Source of the DNA: Eledone cirrhosa
Taxonomy: Eukaryota
Assembly: GCA_964016885.1 (NCBI GenBank)
Contig: OZ024741.1
Coordinates: forward strand, 409,634,001 to 409,698,000
Direction: 5' to 3'
Length of the DNA stretch: 64,000 bases
Notes under the pieces: generated by a model
Told to the model about the DNA's origin: nothing
Database searches by the model: none
Seen by the model: only the letters and a program-made list of their open reading frames with translations
In this document: one piece after another, positions 10,791 to 23,323 of the stretch
How positions within the stretch are numbered: position 1 is the first letter of the stretch
Layout: every line of letters starts with the position of its first letter
Translations under genes and position numbers: made by a program

Positions 10791-13763
10791 AAACCATCCA
10801 CTCTCGCCTCTACATTTTTGCTTAACGCCCAAGGCATCAGCCCTTCCACCAATACTCAAAAATGGAAGATCAAATTCCTGGAGGACTGAATTGATGTCCA
10901 TCCAAACCACATCCCTTTCTTCGTCCTCACTGAAACCCATCTCAGTAACCTCCACTTGGAAGCCGAGGTGAAAGTGAAAAATTTCAAAGCCATCCGTGCT
11001 GATCGCGCTGGCAGAAGAAAGGGCGGAACTGCCATTTATGTCCATAATTCTTTCTCAACAGAGGCTATGAACATATTCACTAATGGATACTGTGAAGCAG
11101 TCACTGTATTCAATCAAACCAACAACCTATTAGTAGTTGGGCTCTATAGGCCACCCCAAACGCCTGTACCATGCTTCAAGGAATGCCTCAACAGCATAAA
11201 GTGTTTCATCCAAGAGTGTCACCCTGACAACATCTTAATGATGGGGGACTTCAACCTCCCCGGAGTTGACTGGTCCACAAACAGCCTGCCACCAGGTTCT
11301 TCTGCCTCAACCTCTGACAGGGAAGCTGTGGAATCGCTTCTTGACTTCATGGATGATTTCTTCCTATCCCAACTGGTGCTCGAACCAACGAGGTGCCACA
11401 AAAACGTCCTAGACTTAATTTTCAGCAATCACACTGACAATATCCACAATATTGCAGTGGAGAAAACTCTACTCTCTGATCATGACATGGTTCTCTGTGA
11501 TCTGAGATTCCACCGTCCAATATACAAACCCAATGTCATCTCTCCTGTCCATCCGTTTGACGCTATGGATTTCCACAATGCAAACTGGGAAGCGATCAGT
11601 CATGATCTTGCACATGTCGACTGGTCCTTCACGCACACTCATACACCCACTAACATCAAAAAGTCCTGGCAGACATTTGTGGACACTGTTACAAACATAT
11701 GTGCTAAACACACCCCATTAAGAACTATAAACAAATCTAAGAGCAGAATCCCTAGAAATAGAAAAACGCTCATCAGAAAAATTAAGAGAACGAACAAAAA
11801 AATCAACAAGCTGAAATACTGTCAGCAGCAACACATCAACTTGACTGCCATTTCATCACTAGAGATTAAAAAACATAACCTCCAAAACAACATAATGTCC
11901 CTCATCAACAATCAGAGAAGAGCTGAAGAGGCCTGGGCCATTGAGAAGATCAAACTCAATCCCAAAGTGTTCTTTTCATTTGCAAAAAAACACAAAATCA
12001 CTGGCTCTACTGTTGGCCCTCTAATTGATAAAAATGGCACTCTTCAAGACAATGCTAAAACCATGGGTGAGATACTGCAGAAACAATACTGCTCTGTTTT
12101 CAGCAATCCTGATATGGCCGATCTGGGCTGTATCGGCGATGTTACTCCCCATTACACCTTATCGGACATAACGTTTGGCGCCCCTGATGTCTTGGCGGCA
12201 ATAAAGGAAATCAAGCATAATTCAGCAGTAGGTCCCGATAGGTTCCCTGCTTGTGTCTTGAAGGCGTGTCAACACCAACTTGCATCTCCTCTTGCCAATC
12301 TGTGGCGGAACTCACTGGATGCTGGATATGTGCCAGAAAACCTTCTATCCCAGTCTGTTGTCCCAGTTTTCAAAAAGGGAAACAAATCCCTTGCCGTGAA
12401 TTACCGTCCAATCTCACTCACCTCTCATATCATTAAGGTATTTGAGAGAGTGGTGAGATCGCGAATGACCCACTTCCTTGAGAGTAACAATATGCTGAAC
12501 TCCAACCAGCATCGATTCCGTAATGGAAGGGATTGCCTGACGCAGCTACTGCATCACTTTGATGACATTTTGAGAGCCTTGGGAGAGGGTTCCAACACTG
12601 ATGTTATCTACCTTGATTTCAGCAAGGCCTTTGACAGGGTTGATCATAACATTCTACTGAGAAAGCTGTCCAATATTGGTGTCACTGGAAAGCTGCTGCA
12701 GTGGATCAAGAGCCTCCTGTCAAACAGAACCCAACATGTTGTAGTTGAGGGAGTCAAATCAAGCCCAGCCAAAGTCAGTAGTGGGGTCCCACAAGGTATT
12801 GTGTTGGGCCCACTTCTCTTCATCATCTATATTAATGACATCACTGACATCATCAAACACAGCAACATTAAAATTTTCGCTGATGATTCCAAGCTCCAAA
12901 AGGTCATCAATGGCGTGGATGACCGGATAAGCCTTCAGTCAGACCTACTGGCTGTTACCCAATGGGCAGAAAAGAACAACATGTTACTGAACGAAGACAA
13001 ATTCGAACTGATCCACTTTGGAAAAGAGGATGCTCTGAAACTCCCGTACTCCCTTCCCTCCGGGGAAACTCTCGTGGCATCTAACAACATCAGAGACTTG
13101 GGAGTAACCGTGGACAGCAACATAAGCTGGACCACGCATATAAGCAGCAAAGTTTACATGGCCCGCAGAATGTGTTCCTGGATCCTCAGAACCTTCCAGT
13201 CGAGAGATTCCCGCACCATTATCCTTCTCTTCTCTACTTTTGCCCGACCACACCTTGAATACTGTTGTCCACTGTGGTCTCCCCACACGAAACAAAGTAT
13301 CATGAAACTTGAAGCTCCTCAAAGGGCAATCACGAAAAAGATAAATGGCATGTCAGACCTTGACTACTGGGGTCGATTAGAAAACCTGAAACTTTACTCA
13401 CTCCAACGTCGCCGTGAGCGTTATATTATCTGCATGATGTGGAAAATGTTCCATCATCACTGCCCAAATGATGTTGGCATCGCCTTCAAGATACACCCAA
13501 GGCTTGGGCCCCGTGCTATCCGTCCCATTCAAAAATCTAAATCGCAACTCATAACAACAATACGGCACAATTATTTCACCTCAATCGGCCCTGCTCTCTT
13601 CAACATCACACCAGGACACGTCAAAACAGAAACTGACCACACAAAATTCAAGAAGTCTTTGGACAAATTCCTCCAAGTAATCCCGGACAAACCACCCACA
13701 CCCGGATATGTCTCCGCAAACAGTAATTCTCTTCTCGAATGGGCCATGGTGCCCAAATCCTGA
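10791..13763 (+). CDS. LINE ORF2: APE endonuclease + reverse transcriptase (one premature TGA at 10887-10889)
   Basis: LLNAQGI, LTETHL, GGTAIYV, YRPP, MGDFN, LDLIF, SDH; [45 protein letters not shown]. Confidence 0.95.
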
Positions 13764-13848
13764 ATTGAAAGACTTCGCCAGGTGGTGCTATTAAGTTAGA
13801 CATGGCCTGGGCCAATACTGGCCAAAACATTTCAAAGTTATTCAAAGT

Positions 13849-13943
<95 letters not shown>

Positions 13944-14002
13944 GTATATATATATATATGTATATATATATATGTATATATATATATGTATATATATATA
14001 TG

Positions 14003-14047
<45 letters not shown>

Positions 14048-14062
14048 GTATATATATATATG

Positions 14063-14093
<31 letters not shown>

Positions 14094-14252
14094 GTATATA
14101 TATATAAGGATTAGAATACTGGAGCGTGTTTGAGTCAAACACCCTCTTCGTATTATAGAAATGACAGTAAAAGGTATAGCTCAATGCAGTTAAACAGAGC
14201 CAAAAAATTAAGAGAGTAAAACAAAGAATCCTTTAATACATCAAAAGTTTTT

Positions 14253-14297
14253 ATTAGCCGACAATGTTTCGTCCTATTAAGGACTCATCAGGGCAAT
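14253..14297 (-). ncRNA. Minimal type I hammerhead ribozyme (left-arm copy)
   Basis: Minus strand: attgcc-CTGATGA-gtcct taat aggac-GAAA-catt-GTC-ggctaat. Confidence 0.85.
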
Positions 14298-14864
14298 CAA
14301 AACAACAAGAGGTAATATCGGCAGATACAAGCCAGAAACTCTGAAGAATATGGAGTGTACATACACTAATGTCTTACAAAGATATACGATAATAAAAATG
14401 AAAATAAAGATAAAAATAATAAAAATATATAATAACTAAGGATGTAGATAACATTAAGAACCATATTACAAATATAGTCCAAAGCCACCAATCTAAATCT
14501 AAACATATTTGGTTATATAGAGCAGGAATTATATATAACACAATATAATACATTATAATAATAATATATTTATACCAACATTAAAATTCCAAATTAAAAA
14601 TCAAAAGGTACAATATATACATGTATATATGTGCGCACACACACACACACACATATAACAATACACATATCTATGTTCTATTACACAGAAATTAAGCCCT
14701 ATTAGAAGTTTGAATATTAAAAATATTAAAAATAAGCATGGTAATAGTGAAAATAATACTAATACATCTACCCAATATACATGAGGCAATAATATGATAT
14801 AATTACAAGAAACACATATAACAAATAATAAACAACAAAATTATATAATTCAATACAATATAAT

Positions 14865-15047
14865 TGTTTCTACTTTTTGGCACAAGGCCAGCAATTATCC
14901 AGTGTATTACTGGTACTTTATTTTATCGACCCCGTAAGGATGAAAGGCAAAGTCAACCTCGGCGGGATTTGAACTCAGATCGTAAAGGGACGTAACTATG
15001 CTGGAAAGCATGGCTTCCGACCCTCTACCGATACTGCCAATCCACCG
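14865..15047 (-). mobile_element. tRNA-derived SINE with Nin/Deu-like central domain
   Basis: Reverse complement of the 61561-61745 family: A box TGGCAGTATCGG, B box GAGTTCAAATCC, GCCTTTCATCCTT..GGTCGATAAAATAAAGTACCAG. Confidence 0.85.
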
Positions 15048-15911
15048 GGAAAAATTGTGATGTTACAGAAAAAATATCATGTTAGATGTCTGTATATTTT
15101 TTTCTGTAACATCATATTTTTTCTGTAACATCACAATTTTTCCCTGTACCATTATAGTTTTTTTGAGTATTATATTATATGATTTATATTTCCTCATTTA
15201 TTATGTAACCCAGTATGAATCAATTTGTGTATATATTGTTTATGGTACTTGTTAATATAATGTTAACATTTTATCATTGTATTTCATTGTGACATCTATA
15301 TTGTTTCTGTAAATTAACCGGGGATTATCTATTCTACTTTATTATATTGTATTGAATTATATAATTTTGTTGTTTATTATTTGTTATATGTGTTTCTTGT
15401 AATTATATCATATTATTGCCTCATGTATATTGGGTAGATGTATTAGTATTATTTTCACTATTACCATGCTTATTTTTAATATTTTTAATATTCAAACTTC
15501 TAATAGGGCTTAATTTCTGTGTAATAGAACATAGATATGTGTATTGTTATATGTGTGTGTGTGTGTGTGTGTGCGCACATATATACATGTATATATTGTA
15601 CCTTTTGATTTTTAATTTGGAATTTTAATGTTGGTATAAATATATTATTATTATAATGTATTATATTGTGTTATATATAATTCCTGCTCTATATAACCAA
15701 ATTTGTTTAGATTTAGATTGGTGGCTTTGGACTATATTTGTAATATGGTTCTTAATGTTATCTACATCCTTAGTTATTATATATTTTTATTATTTTTATC
15801 TTTATTTTCATTTTTATTATCGTATATCTTTGTAAGACATTAGTGTATGTACACTCCATATTCTTCAGAGTTTCTGGCTTGTATCTGCCGATATTACCTC
15901 TTGTTGTTTTG

Positions 15912-15956
15912 ATTGCCCTGATGAGTCCTTAATAGGACGAAACATTGTCGGCTAAT
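15912..15956 (+). ncRNA. Minimal type I hammerhead ribozyme (right-arm copy), followed by AATAAA
   Basis: attgcc-CTGATGA-gtcct taat aggac-GAAA-catt-GTC-ggctaat. Canonical core, 5-bp stem II, minimal stem III. Confidence 0.85.
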
Positions 15957-16130
15957 AAAAACTTTTGATGTATTAAAGGATTCTTTGTTTTACTCTCTTA
16001 ATATATATATATATATGTATATATATATGTATATATATATACGTATATATATATATATATATATACATATATATAAATGGAAAAAATGAAACGAAATTTC
16101 ATTTCTCACTCTTAGTACAGCAGTTACTTA

Positions 16131-16471
16131 AATGTAAGTATGCATGTATGCATTCGTACATACATATATGTATACAGACATACAGTAGTATGTATATATA
16201 TACATACATGTACACATATATATATGTACGTATCGGTTTACCGAACATTTATTATAATGTTTGGTTTGTTTGTAAACAAACAAACCAAATTAAGATGTAC
16301 AGTGTTTAACAACCATCGTTGCGCTTTTGTTCAACACTGACAAAGGAACGATGTACTAGTTTCAAGCTTATTAGCTATCGTCAGCACCGTGTGTACATGT
16401 ATGTATATATATACATACTACTGTATGTCTGTATACATATATGTATGTACGTATGCATACATGCTTACATT
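16131..16471. repeat. Inverted repeat with ~80-bp arms (16131-16215 / 16391-16471) enclosing a hammerhead
   Basis: aatgtaag...catgtacac versus gtgtacatg...cttacatt. Confidence 0.8.
16348..16390 (-). ncRNA. Minimal type I hammerhead ribozyme
   Basis: Minus strand: acggtg-CTGACGA-t agct aata agct t-GAAA-ctag-TA-catcgt. 6-bp stem I, palindromic stem III (ACTAGT), GUA triplet. Confidence 0.8.
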
Positions 16472-16894
16472 ATATATATATATACATACACACCCACATA
16501 TCAACACTGTTTAACATCTATTTTCCATGTTTCCATAAGTTAAATGATGGGTTATCATGTACTGAAGCTAGATTGGTCATGCCTTGCTCTTACGTTCAAT
16601 TTCTGACTTGGTTTCTATGACTGGATACCTTTCCTAATACAAACCATTTTACAGTGTCTACTGGGAGCATTTTATTGTGACCCTAAGGATGGACTGAGTG
16701 TTTTTTATCCTGTCACAAGCACAAGCTCATTACATTATATATATAAGATGCCGTTAAGGGTGAAAGCAGCGATTCTTTGCTTAAACTTTAATCTGTTATT
16801 TTAATAAATATTTGCTCTACGTTTCTTATATATTTGATATATATTTATCCTTATTGAGCCCGCTTTAGAGTTTAGTCTTCAAATTTATTATTAT

Positions 16895-16943
<49 letters not shown>

Positions 16944-17150
16944 CATCATCATGATCATCACCGTTCAACGTCCATTTACAGTTCCACACTGTAAATGTGG
17001 TTGGTGTTAGGAAGGGCACCCAGCCGTAGAAAACCCGCCAGACAGTCCTATGCGAGCAAGACAACCACTCTTGCCTCAAGTGGGAAAACTCTTGTCCAAA
17101 CCCATGCGACCGTGGAATATGGACGTTAAACGATGATAATGATGATGATA
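16944..17150 (+). mobile_element. RTE 3' end fragment with an additional inverted tail at its 5' side
   Basis: 16978-17150 matches 6705-6880. 16944-16977 is an inverted copy of the terminal (CAT)n + cgttcaacgtccat. Confidence 0.8.
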
Positions 17151-17341
17151 TATATAGGTACAACTGAAGAGTCCTCTCGACCCTTTGTTTGCCAAGTTTT
17201 CTATGGCTAGATGCCCTTCATATCACCAACCACTTTACAGTATATAGTTTGAGGTTTCCCAATCATTATCAATATAGTAAAATAGAATTGATTCATGAAA
17301 TAATCCTTTAAGAGAATGTGTAAATATGTCCATTAACTTAC

Positions 17342-17389
17342 TGGTGTAGAGTAACAGCATCTAATGAAGTGTGAACATTTTCTAGATAC
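17342..17389 (-). CDS. HPSE: Heparanase-like (GH79) exon D, 48 bp: (K)YLENVHTSLDAVTLH(Q/H)
   Basis: tttcacag|G TAT...CAC CA|gtaagt. Phase 2-2 fits the previous exon. Aligns to human SFLKAGGEVIDSVTWHH. Confidence 0.85.
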
Positions 17390-17451
17390 CTGTGAAATAT
17401 AGAATAGTAAAATAGGTTATGTAAACTTACTTTTATTTATAGCTAACTCTT

Positions 17452-20400
17452 CCATTACCATATTTCGAAAGACACTGTCTATGTTGTTTAACCCTTTCAT
17501 TACCATATTTCTAATGTAAGACACTGTCTATGTTGTTTAACCCTTCCATTACCATATTTCTAAAGACACTGTCTATGTTGTTTGTTTCATTCATAGAACA
17601 GCATTCTTCACCATATGAGATGTCATCTGGTGCACCACAGGGATCTCTTCTTGGTCCCCTTTTGTTTGTGGCATATATTAATGACAAAGATGCCAACTTA
17701 CAGAATGCCACGGTACTGAAATATGCAGATGACATCAAGTTGTACCTTGAAATCAAAAGGACTGATCCTGAAATCTACAACTCATTCCTACATTCAGACC
17801 TGGACACAATGCAGCAATGGATCACAGACTGGCAACTGAAGCTGGCTGTGGACAAGTGCACCACCATGCATTTTGGGAGGAAAAAATCCAGCGTCCACAT
17901 ACTCCCTCCACAACACTGATATCAAGAAGTCCTCTTGTGAACGTGACCTGGGCATTAGTGTCAGCAGCGATTTGCGTTGGACAAAGCATGTCTCTAAGAT
18001 TGTCAAGAAGGCCGAGGGTGTCTTGGCATCACTCAACAAGACCTTTGTTAGCCGCTCTCCAGCCATCTATTTAAAACTGTATACAGCTATGGTACGACCA
18101 CACTTGGAATTCGCATCATCAGTCTGGAACCCCTATCTTACTCAGAACATTGACCTCCTGGAAATTGTTCAGAGACGTGCAACCAAGCGCATACCCTCCA
18201 TCAGACACCTACCATACTCTGAACGCCTTGCTTCCCTGGGCTTGGATTCATTGAAGCTCCGACGTCTGGCAATGGACTTGATAAACACCCACAAAGTTAT
18301 TAACCGTCTTGCCAATTGCAACCCTGAGCACCTTTTTGATCTCCATGTGTCTAACACACATGGACATGCCTACAAAATCAGAAAACAACACAGCTCCCAT
18401 GACTTTCGTAAACATTTTTTCAGGCTTAGAGTTGCTGAAGCATGGAACAAACTGCCTGGGTCAGTTGTTAGCTGCCGAGACACTGCATCCTTTAAGACAC
18501 TCATGCTTCCCGAAATACGCCAAAACTACACCTGATGTACCCCTTCCATACCCATGCACACACGTGTGTATCATGATTCATGCACTGTTCATTTTCCTGA
18601 TGTTTGTACATTACCATATGTACAATACATACACTTTTGATGAGTTGTAGTGCACCTGAGCACCGTACACAATATTTCATCATTATTATTATTATTACCA
18701 TATTTCTAATGAAAGACACTGCCTATGTTGTTTAACCCTTTCACTACCATATTTCTAATATAAGACACTGTCTATGTCATTAACCCTTTCATTACCATAT
18801 TTCTAATGTAAGACACTGTCTATGTTGTTTAAACCTTTCATTACCATATATCTAATGTAAGACACTGTCTATGTTGTTTAACCCTTTCATTACCATATTC
18901 TAATGTAAAACACTGTCTATGTTGTTTAATCCTTCCATTACCATATTTCTAATGTAAGACACTGTCTATGTTGTTTAACCCTTTCATTACCATATTTCTA
19001 ATGTAAGACACTGTCTATGTTGTTTAAAACATTCATTACCATATTTCTAATGTAAGACACTGTCTATGTTGTTTAACCCTTTCACTACCATATTTGTAAT
19101 GTAGGACACTGTCTATATTGTTTAACCCTTTCATTACCATATTTCTAATGAAAGACACTGTCTATGTTGTTTAACCCTTTCATTACCATATTTCTAATGT
19201 AAGACACTGTTTATGTTGTTAAAACCCTTTCATTACCATATTTCTAATGTAAGACACTGTCTATGTTGTTTAAGCCTTTCATTACCATATTTCTAATGTA
19301 AGACACTGTCTATGTTGTTTAACCTTTTCATTACCATATTTCTAATGAAAGACACTGTCTATGTTGTTTAACCCTTTCATTACCATATTTCTAATGTAAG
19401 ACACTGCCTATGTTTTTTAACCCTTTCATTACCATATTTCTAATGTAAGACACTGTCTATGTTTTTTAACCCTTTCATTACCATATTTCTAATGTAAGAC
19501 ACTGTCTATGTTGTTTAACCCTTTCATTACCATATTTCTAATGAAAGACACTGTCTATGTTTTTTAACCCTTTCATTACCATATTTCTAATGTAAGACAA
19601 TGTCTATGTTGTTTAACCCTTTCATTACTATATTTCTAATGTAAGACACTGTCTATGTTGTTTAACCCTTTCATTACCATATTTCTAATGTAAGACACTG
19701 TCTATGTTGTTTAACCCTTTCATTACTATATTTCTAATGTAAGACACTGTCTATGTTGTTTAACCCTTTCATTACCATATTTCTAATGTAAGACACTGTC
19801 TATGTTGTTTAACCCTTTCATTACCATATTTCTAATGAAAGACACTGTCTATGTTGTTTAACCCTTTCATTACAATATTTCTAATGTAAGATACTGTCTA
19901 TGTTGTTTAACCCTTTCATTACCATATTTCTAATGTAAGATACTGTCTATGTTGTTTAACCCTTTCATTACCATATTTCTAATGTAAGACACTGTCTATG
20001 TTGTTTAACCCTTTCATTACCATATTTCTAATGAAAGACACTGTCTATGTTTTTTAACCCTTTCATTACCATATTTCTAATGTAAGACAATGTCTATGTT
20101 GTTTAACCCTTTCATTACTATATTTCTAATGTAAGACACTGTCTATGTTGTTTAACCCTTTCATTACCATATTTCTAATGTAAGACACTGTCTATGTTGT
20201 TTAACCCTTTCATTACTATATTTCTAATGTAAGACACTGTCTATGTTGTTTAACCCTTTCATTACCATATTTCTAATGTAAGACACTGTCTATGTTGTTT
20301 AACCCTTTCATTACTATATTTCTAATGTAAGACACTGTCTATGTTGTTTAACCCTTTCATTACCATATTTCTAATGTAAGACACTGTCTATGTTGTTTAA

Positions 20401-21069
20401 CCCTTTCATTACCATATTTCTAATGAAAGACACTGTCTATGTTGTTTAACCCTTTCATTACAATATTTCTAATGTAAGATACTGTCTATGTTGTTTAACC
20501 CTTTCATTACCATATTTCTAATGTAAGATACTGTCTATGTTGTTTAACCCTTTCATTACCATATTTCTAATGTAAGACACTGTCTATGTTGTTTAACCCT
20601 TTCATTACCATATTTCTAATGAAAGACACTGTCTATGTTTTTTAACCCTTTCATTACCATATTTCTAATGTAAGACAATGTCTATGTTGTTTAACCCTTT
20701 CATTACTATATTTCTAATGTAAGACACTGTCTATGTTGTTTAACCCTTTCATTACCATATTTCTAATGTAAGACACTGTCTATGTTGTTTAACCCTTTCA
20801 TTACTATATTTCTAATGTAAGACACTGTCTATGTTGTTTAACCCTTTCATTACCATATTTCTAATGTAAGACACTGTCTATGTTGTTTAACCCTTTCATT
20901 ACCATATTTCTAATGAAAGACACTGTCTATGTTGTTTAACCCTTTCATTACAATATTTCTAATGTAAGACACAGTCTATGTTGTTTAACCCTTTCATTAC
21001 CATATTTCTAATGTAAGATACTGTCTATGTTGTTTAACCCTTTCATTACCATATTTCTAATGAAAGACA
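17452..21069. repeat. 49-bp satellite (aagacactgtctatgttgtttaaccctttcattaccatatttctaatgt), ~3 units + ~48 units, interrupted by a LINE fragment
   Basis: Unit starts at 19643 and 19692. Variant blocks recur at ~19544, 20034 and 20622 (10- and 12-unit higher-order duplications). Confidence 0.97.
17597..18697 (+). mobile_element. 5'-truncated CR1-group LINE (family 2) RT 3' part, (ATT)n tail
   Basis: SSGAPQGSLLGPLLF, KYADDIK, RPHLEFASSVWNP, FFRLRVAEAWNKLP. Frameshift at the A-run ~17881. Confidence 0.92.
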
Positions 21070-21918
21070 CCATATTCTAATTAATTAATGGAAAATATCA
21101 AAAGATTTACTCTGTCTAAGTATCGGCCACTCTCTGATAGAATTGTGGTAGAACCTGTAGCTGTGGAGACATCCGACGTTCTTGACTCCCGGACCACATC
21201 CATACTCACTGCTATCAGAGTTGAGTTAGCTGCCTGAAGATGTTAGCCCTACAAGGTGGAGTGTCTGTTCCAGCACATCTCCCTCACTGTCCTCCAGTGC
21301 AATGTATTCTCCATCCTGTTGGCCAGGACCCAGAGGTGGAGGATACTCATTCAGACGCAACTTTCTATTTCTTCGTGTATTTGAGTCTTTTTAACATCTT
21401 AATCATTGCCAATAACATCTACCAAATCACAAAACCAGAGATATGGCAAATTATTAAATGGTTCATTACTAATATGGTAACTTAACAAGTGTTGGAAGAT
21501 TTCAATTCAAATAGAAACATTGTATTTAAAATAATTAATTAATGAAGAATTTTGATGGGATTTTCTAAAATTATTAAGTAAGAGAATAACTTAAATATGG
21601 TTCTTATATAAAATTATGTTGTACGATTTTAATTTAAATAGAATCCTTTTTAAAATGAGTGGTTTGTTTCACAAGAACAAGGCCAGTCTGGAGTAAGTTG
21701 GTATCAAAAGGATTAAACATTCTACACCAAGTAGTCTGAGACAAAATCTAACATTGTTGAAAAGTGTCTTGCTCAAGGTCACAATGTACTGCCTGGCATC
21801 AAACCTATGACTATATCATCATCAGATAGTTGAAGAGAGTGTCTTGCTCAAGGTCACAATGTCCTGTCTGATCAAGCCTATTATAACCATTAAAACAATT
21901 TAATAGAAATATAATTAC

Positions 21919-22099
21919 TTAGTGAAGAAATTTATATAATCTGCATTGTTAACACACATATTAGTGACATCAGGACCTAGGAGTTTGGTATTTTTGAAAT
22001 GTGGCATTACATCCATGATAGAACGCAGGTAGGAAACATCCCTAGCTAAAACTGCAGGCTCTGGTCTGTGGGGCAGAATTAGCTGGTAGACATCTGGCT
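21919..22099 (-). CDS. HPSE: Heparanase-like (GH79) exon C, 181 bp: (E)PDVYQLILPHRPEPAVLARDVSYLRSIMDVMPHFKNTKLLGPDVTNMCVNNADYINFFT(K)
   Basis: tttttag|AG CCA completes the NEP catalytic motif. FKNTKLLGPDV matches human FKNAKLYGPDV. Donor AA|gtaatt. Confidence 0.92.
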
Positions 22100-22368
22100 C
22101 TAAAAAATATAGAAGGATTTTTTTTGTTAATAATAGAATATATATTCTTAAATAGAACAAGCATTTTAAGGGAAAGTTCCTCACTAAGGTCCACAACATG
22201 TGGATCTCTTTTGAGGTAATATTTTACAGTATGTTGTTGTTCTTAGCACCAACCCATTTGGTCCCCTCTTGAGATACAGGCTATGTTTATGTGACTATGT
22301 GTACACAGCTGAGAATAAATACACATATCCTTGTGTGAAGTGTAAGAAGTGACTAAAAGGATTATATA

Positions 22369-23041
22369 TATCATCATCATCAACGTTTAACGTTCGTGTT
22401 CCACGCTTGCATGGGTTTGGATGGGGGTAGTCCCACTTGAGGCAAGAGTGATTGTCTTGCTCGCATAGGACTGTCTGGCAGGTTTTCTACAGTTGGATGC
22501 CCTTCCTAACACCAACCACATTTACAGTGTGGGTCTGGGAGGTTTTTACCGTGTTGCCTACACGGCCACATTACAGCGTGGACTGTGTGTTTTTTTGTCG
22601 TGACACCTACACGATCTCATTTGTTTCGGCCTGGATGGCGCGGCACCAACATAACTTTACATAGAACGGGCTGGTGTGGATGGGGTGGGGGTGGTGGTGG
22701 TGGGACGGGGTGTATTTTGTTAGAGATGCCTACTGGCTGGAGTAGGTTTTACTATATATTTAGGTAAGGCGGGTCTTCTCTGTTACTGAGTACCGCCAAA
22801 GGTCTCGGTCCAGTGACATTGTCTTGGAGAGGTGTAAGTGTGTGATGTCGGAGTTTATCAGCTCGTCCCAGGTTTTTCTAGGTCTGCCTATTCCGTGACT
22901 ACCGTCTATCTTTATTGCCCTGCACTTTGTTATACAGCTATCGACTTTCATGCGCATCACGTGACCATACCAACGTAGCCTTCTCTCGAGTAAACAACAT
23001 CTGATCCCTCTTATCTCTAATTTTTTCCTTAGTTCGTTTAC
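22369..23041 (-). mobile_element. 5'-truncated RTE LINE 3' end
   Basis: Reverse complement of ~6207-6880 (RRLRWYGHV...GRPRKTWDELI), (CAT)n tail at ~22371. Confidence 0.92.
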
Positions 23042-23117
23042 GTAGGTCCCGGGTTGAGTCGGGGATAACCACAGTAAGTAAGGTACTCAATACATGGCAG
23101 AGTAAATTTTTTTTTTT

Positions 23118-23240
23118 ATTTTATAGAAGGAGCTTCTACAGGACTAGTACTGTTTCATTCAGATGAAATCTTCAGGAAGCTCCTGAAGATTTCATCTGAA
23201 TGAAACAGTACTAGTCCTGTAGAAGCTCCTTCTATAAAAT
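23118..23240. repeat. Perfect palindrome, 60-bp arms, 3-nt loop (agc), made of two opposed hammerhead motifs
   Basis: attttatagaaggagcttctacagg...tcttcagga agc tcctgaaga...cctgtagaagctccttctataaaat. Confidence 0.95.
23129..23183 (-). ncRNA. Type I hammerhead ribozyme
   Basis: Minus strand: ggagcttc-CTGAAGA-t ttca tc tgaa t-GAAA-cag tactagtc ctg-TA-gaagctcc. 8-bp stem I, stem III ACAG/CTGT, GUA triplet. The mirror copy on + (23183-23229) has a weaker stem I. Confidence 0.82.
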
Positions 23241-23272
23241 ATATATATATTTATCATGTTTAACATAGAAAT

Positions 23273-23323
23273 GGCTTCTACAGGACTAGAACTGTTTCAT
23301 TCAAAAGAAATCATCAGGAAAGT
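23273..23323 (-). ncRNA. Second, related type I hammerhead in an imperfect palindrome (23273-23360)
   Basis: Minus strand: tttc-CTGATGA-t ttc tttt gaa t-GAAA-cag ttctagtc ctg-TA-gaag. The opposite arm has lost stem II. Confidence 0.7.

Larger units (their letters stand above)
9152..13850 (+). mobile_element. Near full-length CR1-group LINE (5' UTR, ORF1, ORF2, 3' UTR with (TTCAAAGTTA)2 tail) inserted in (TA)n
   Basis: Two consecutive ORFs, a short 3' UTR with a TGGCC...GGCCA stem-loop and a short tandem tail, TA microsatellite on both sides. There is a 50-bp tandem duplication in the 5' UTR (~9257-9358). Confidence 0.9.
14207..16002. repeat. Long inverted repeat: ~660-bp arms (14207-14864 and 15341-16002), ~476-bp spacer; Penelope pLTR-like, each arm carries a hammerhead
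   Basis: The arms are near-exact reverse complements (the same spurious ORF appears at 14601-14789 - and 15416-15628 +). The spacer holds a SINE and a small hairpin (~15047-15144). Confidence 0.93.

Noticed and set aside
18694-21069. 49-bp array as possible CRISPR or coding repeat
   Set aside because: It has no spacers, and the period is not a multiple of 3.
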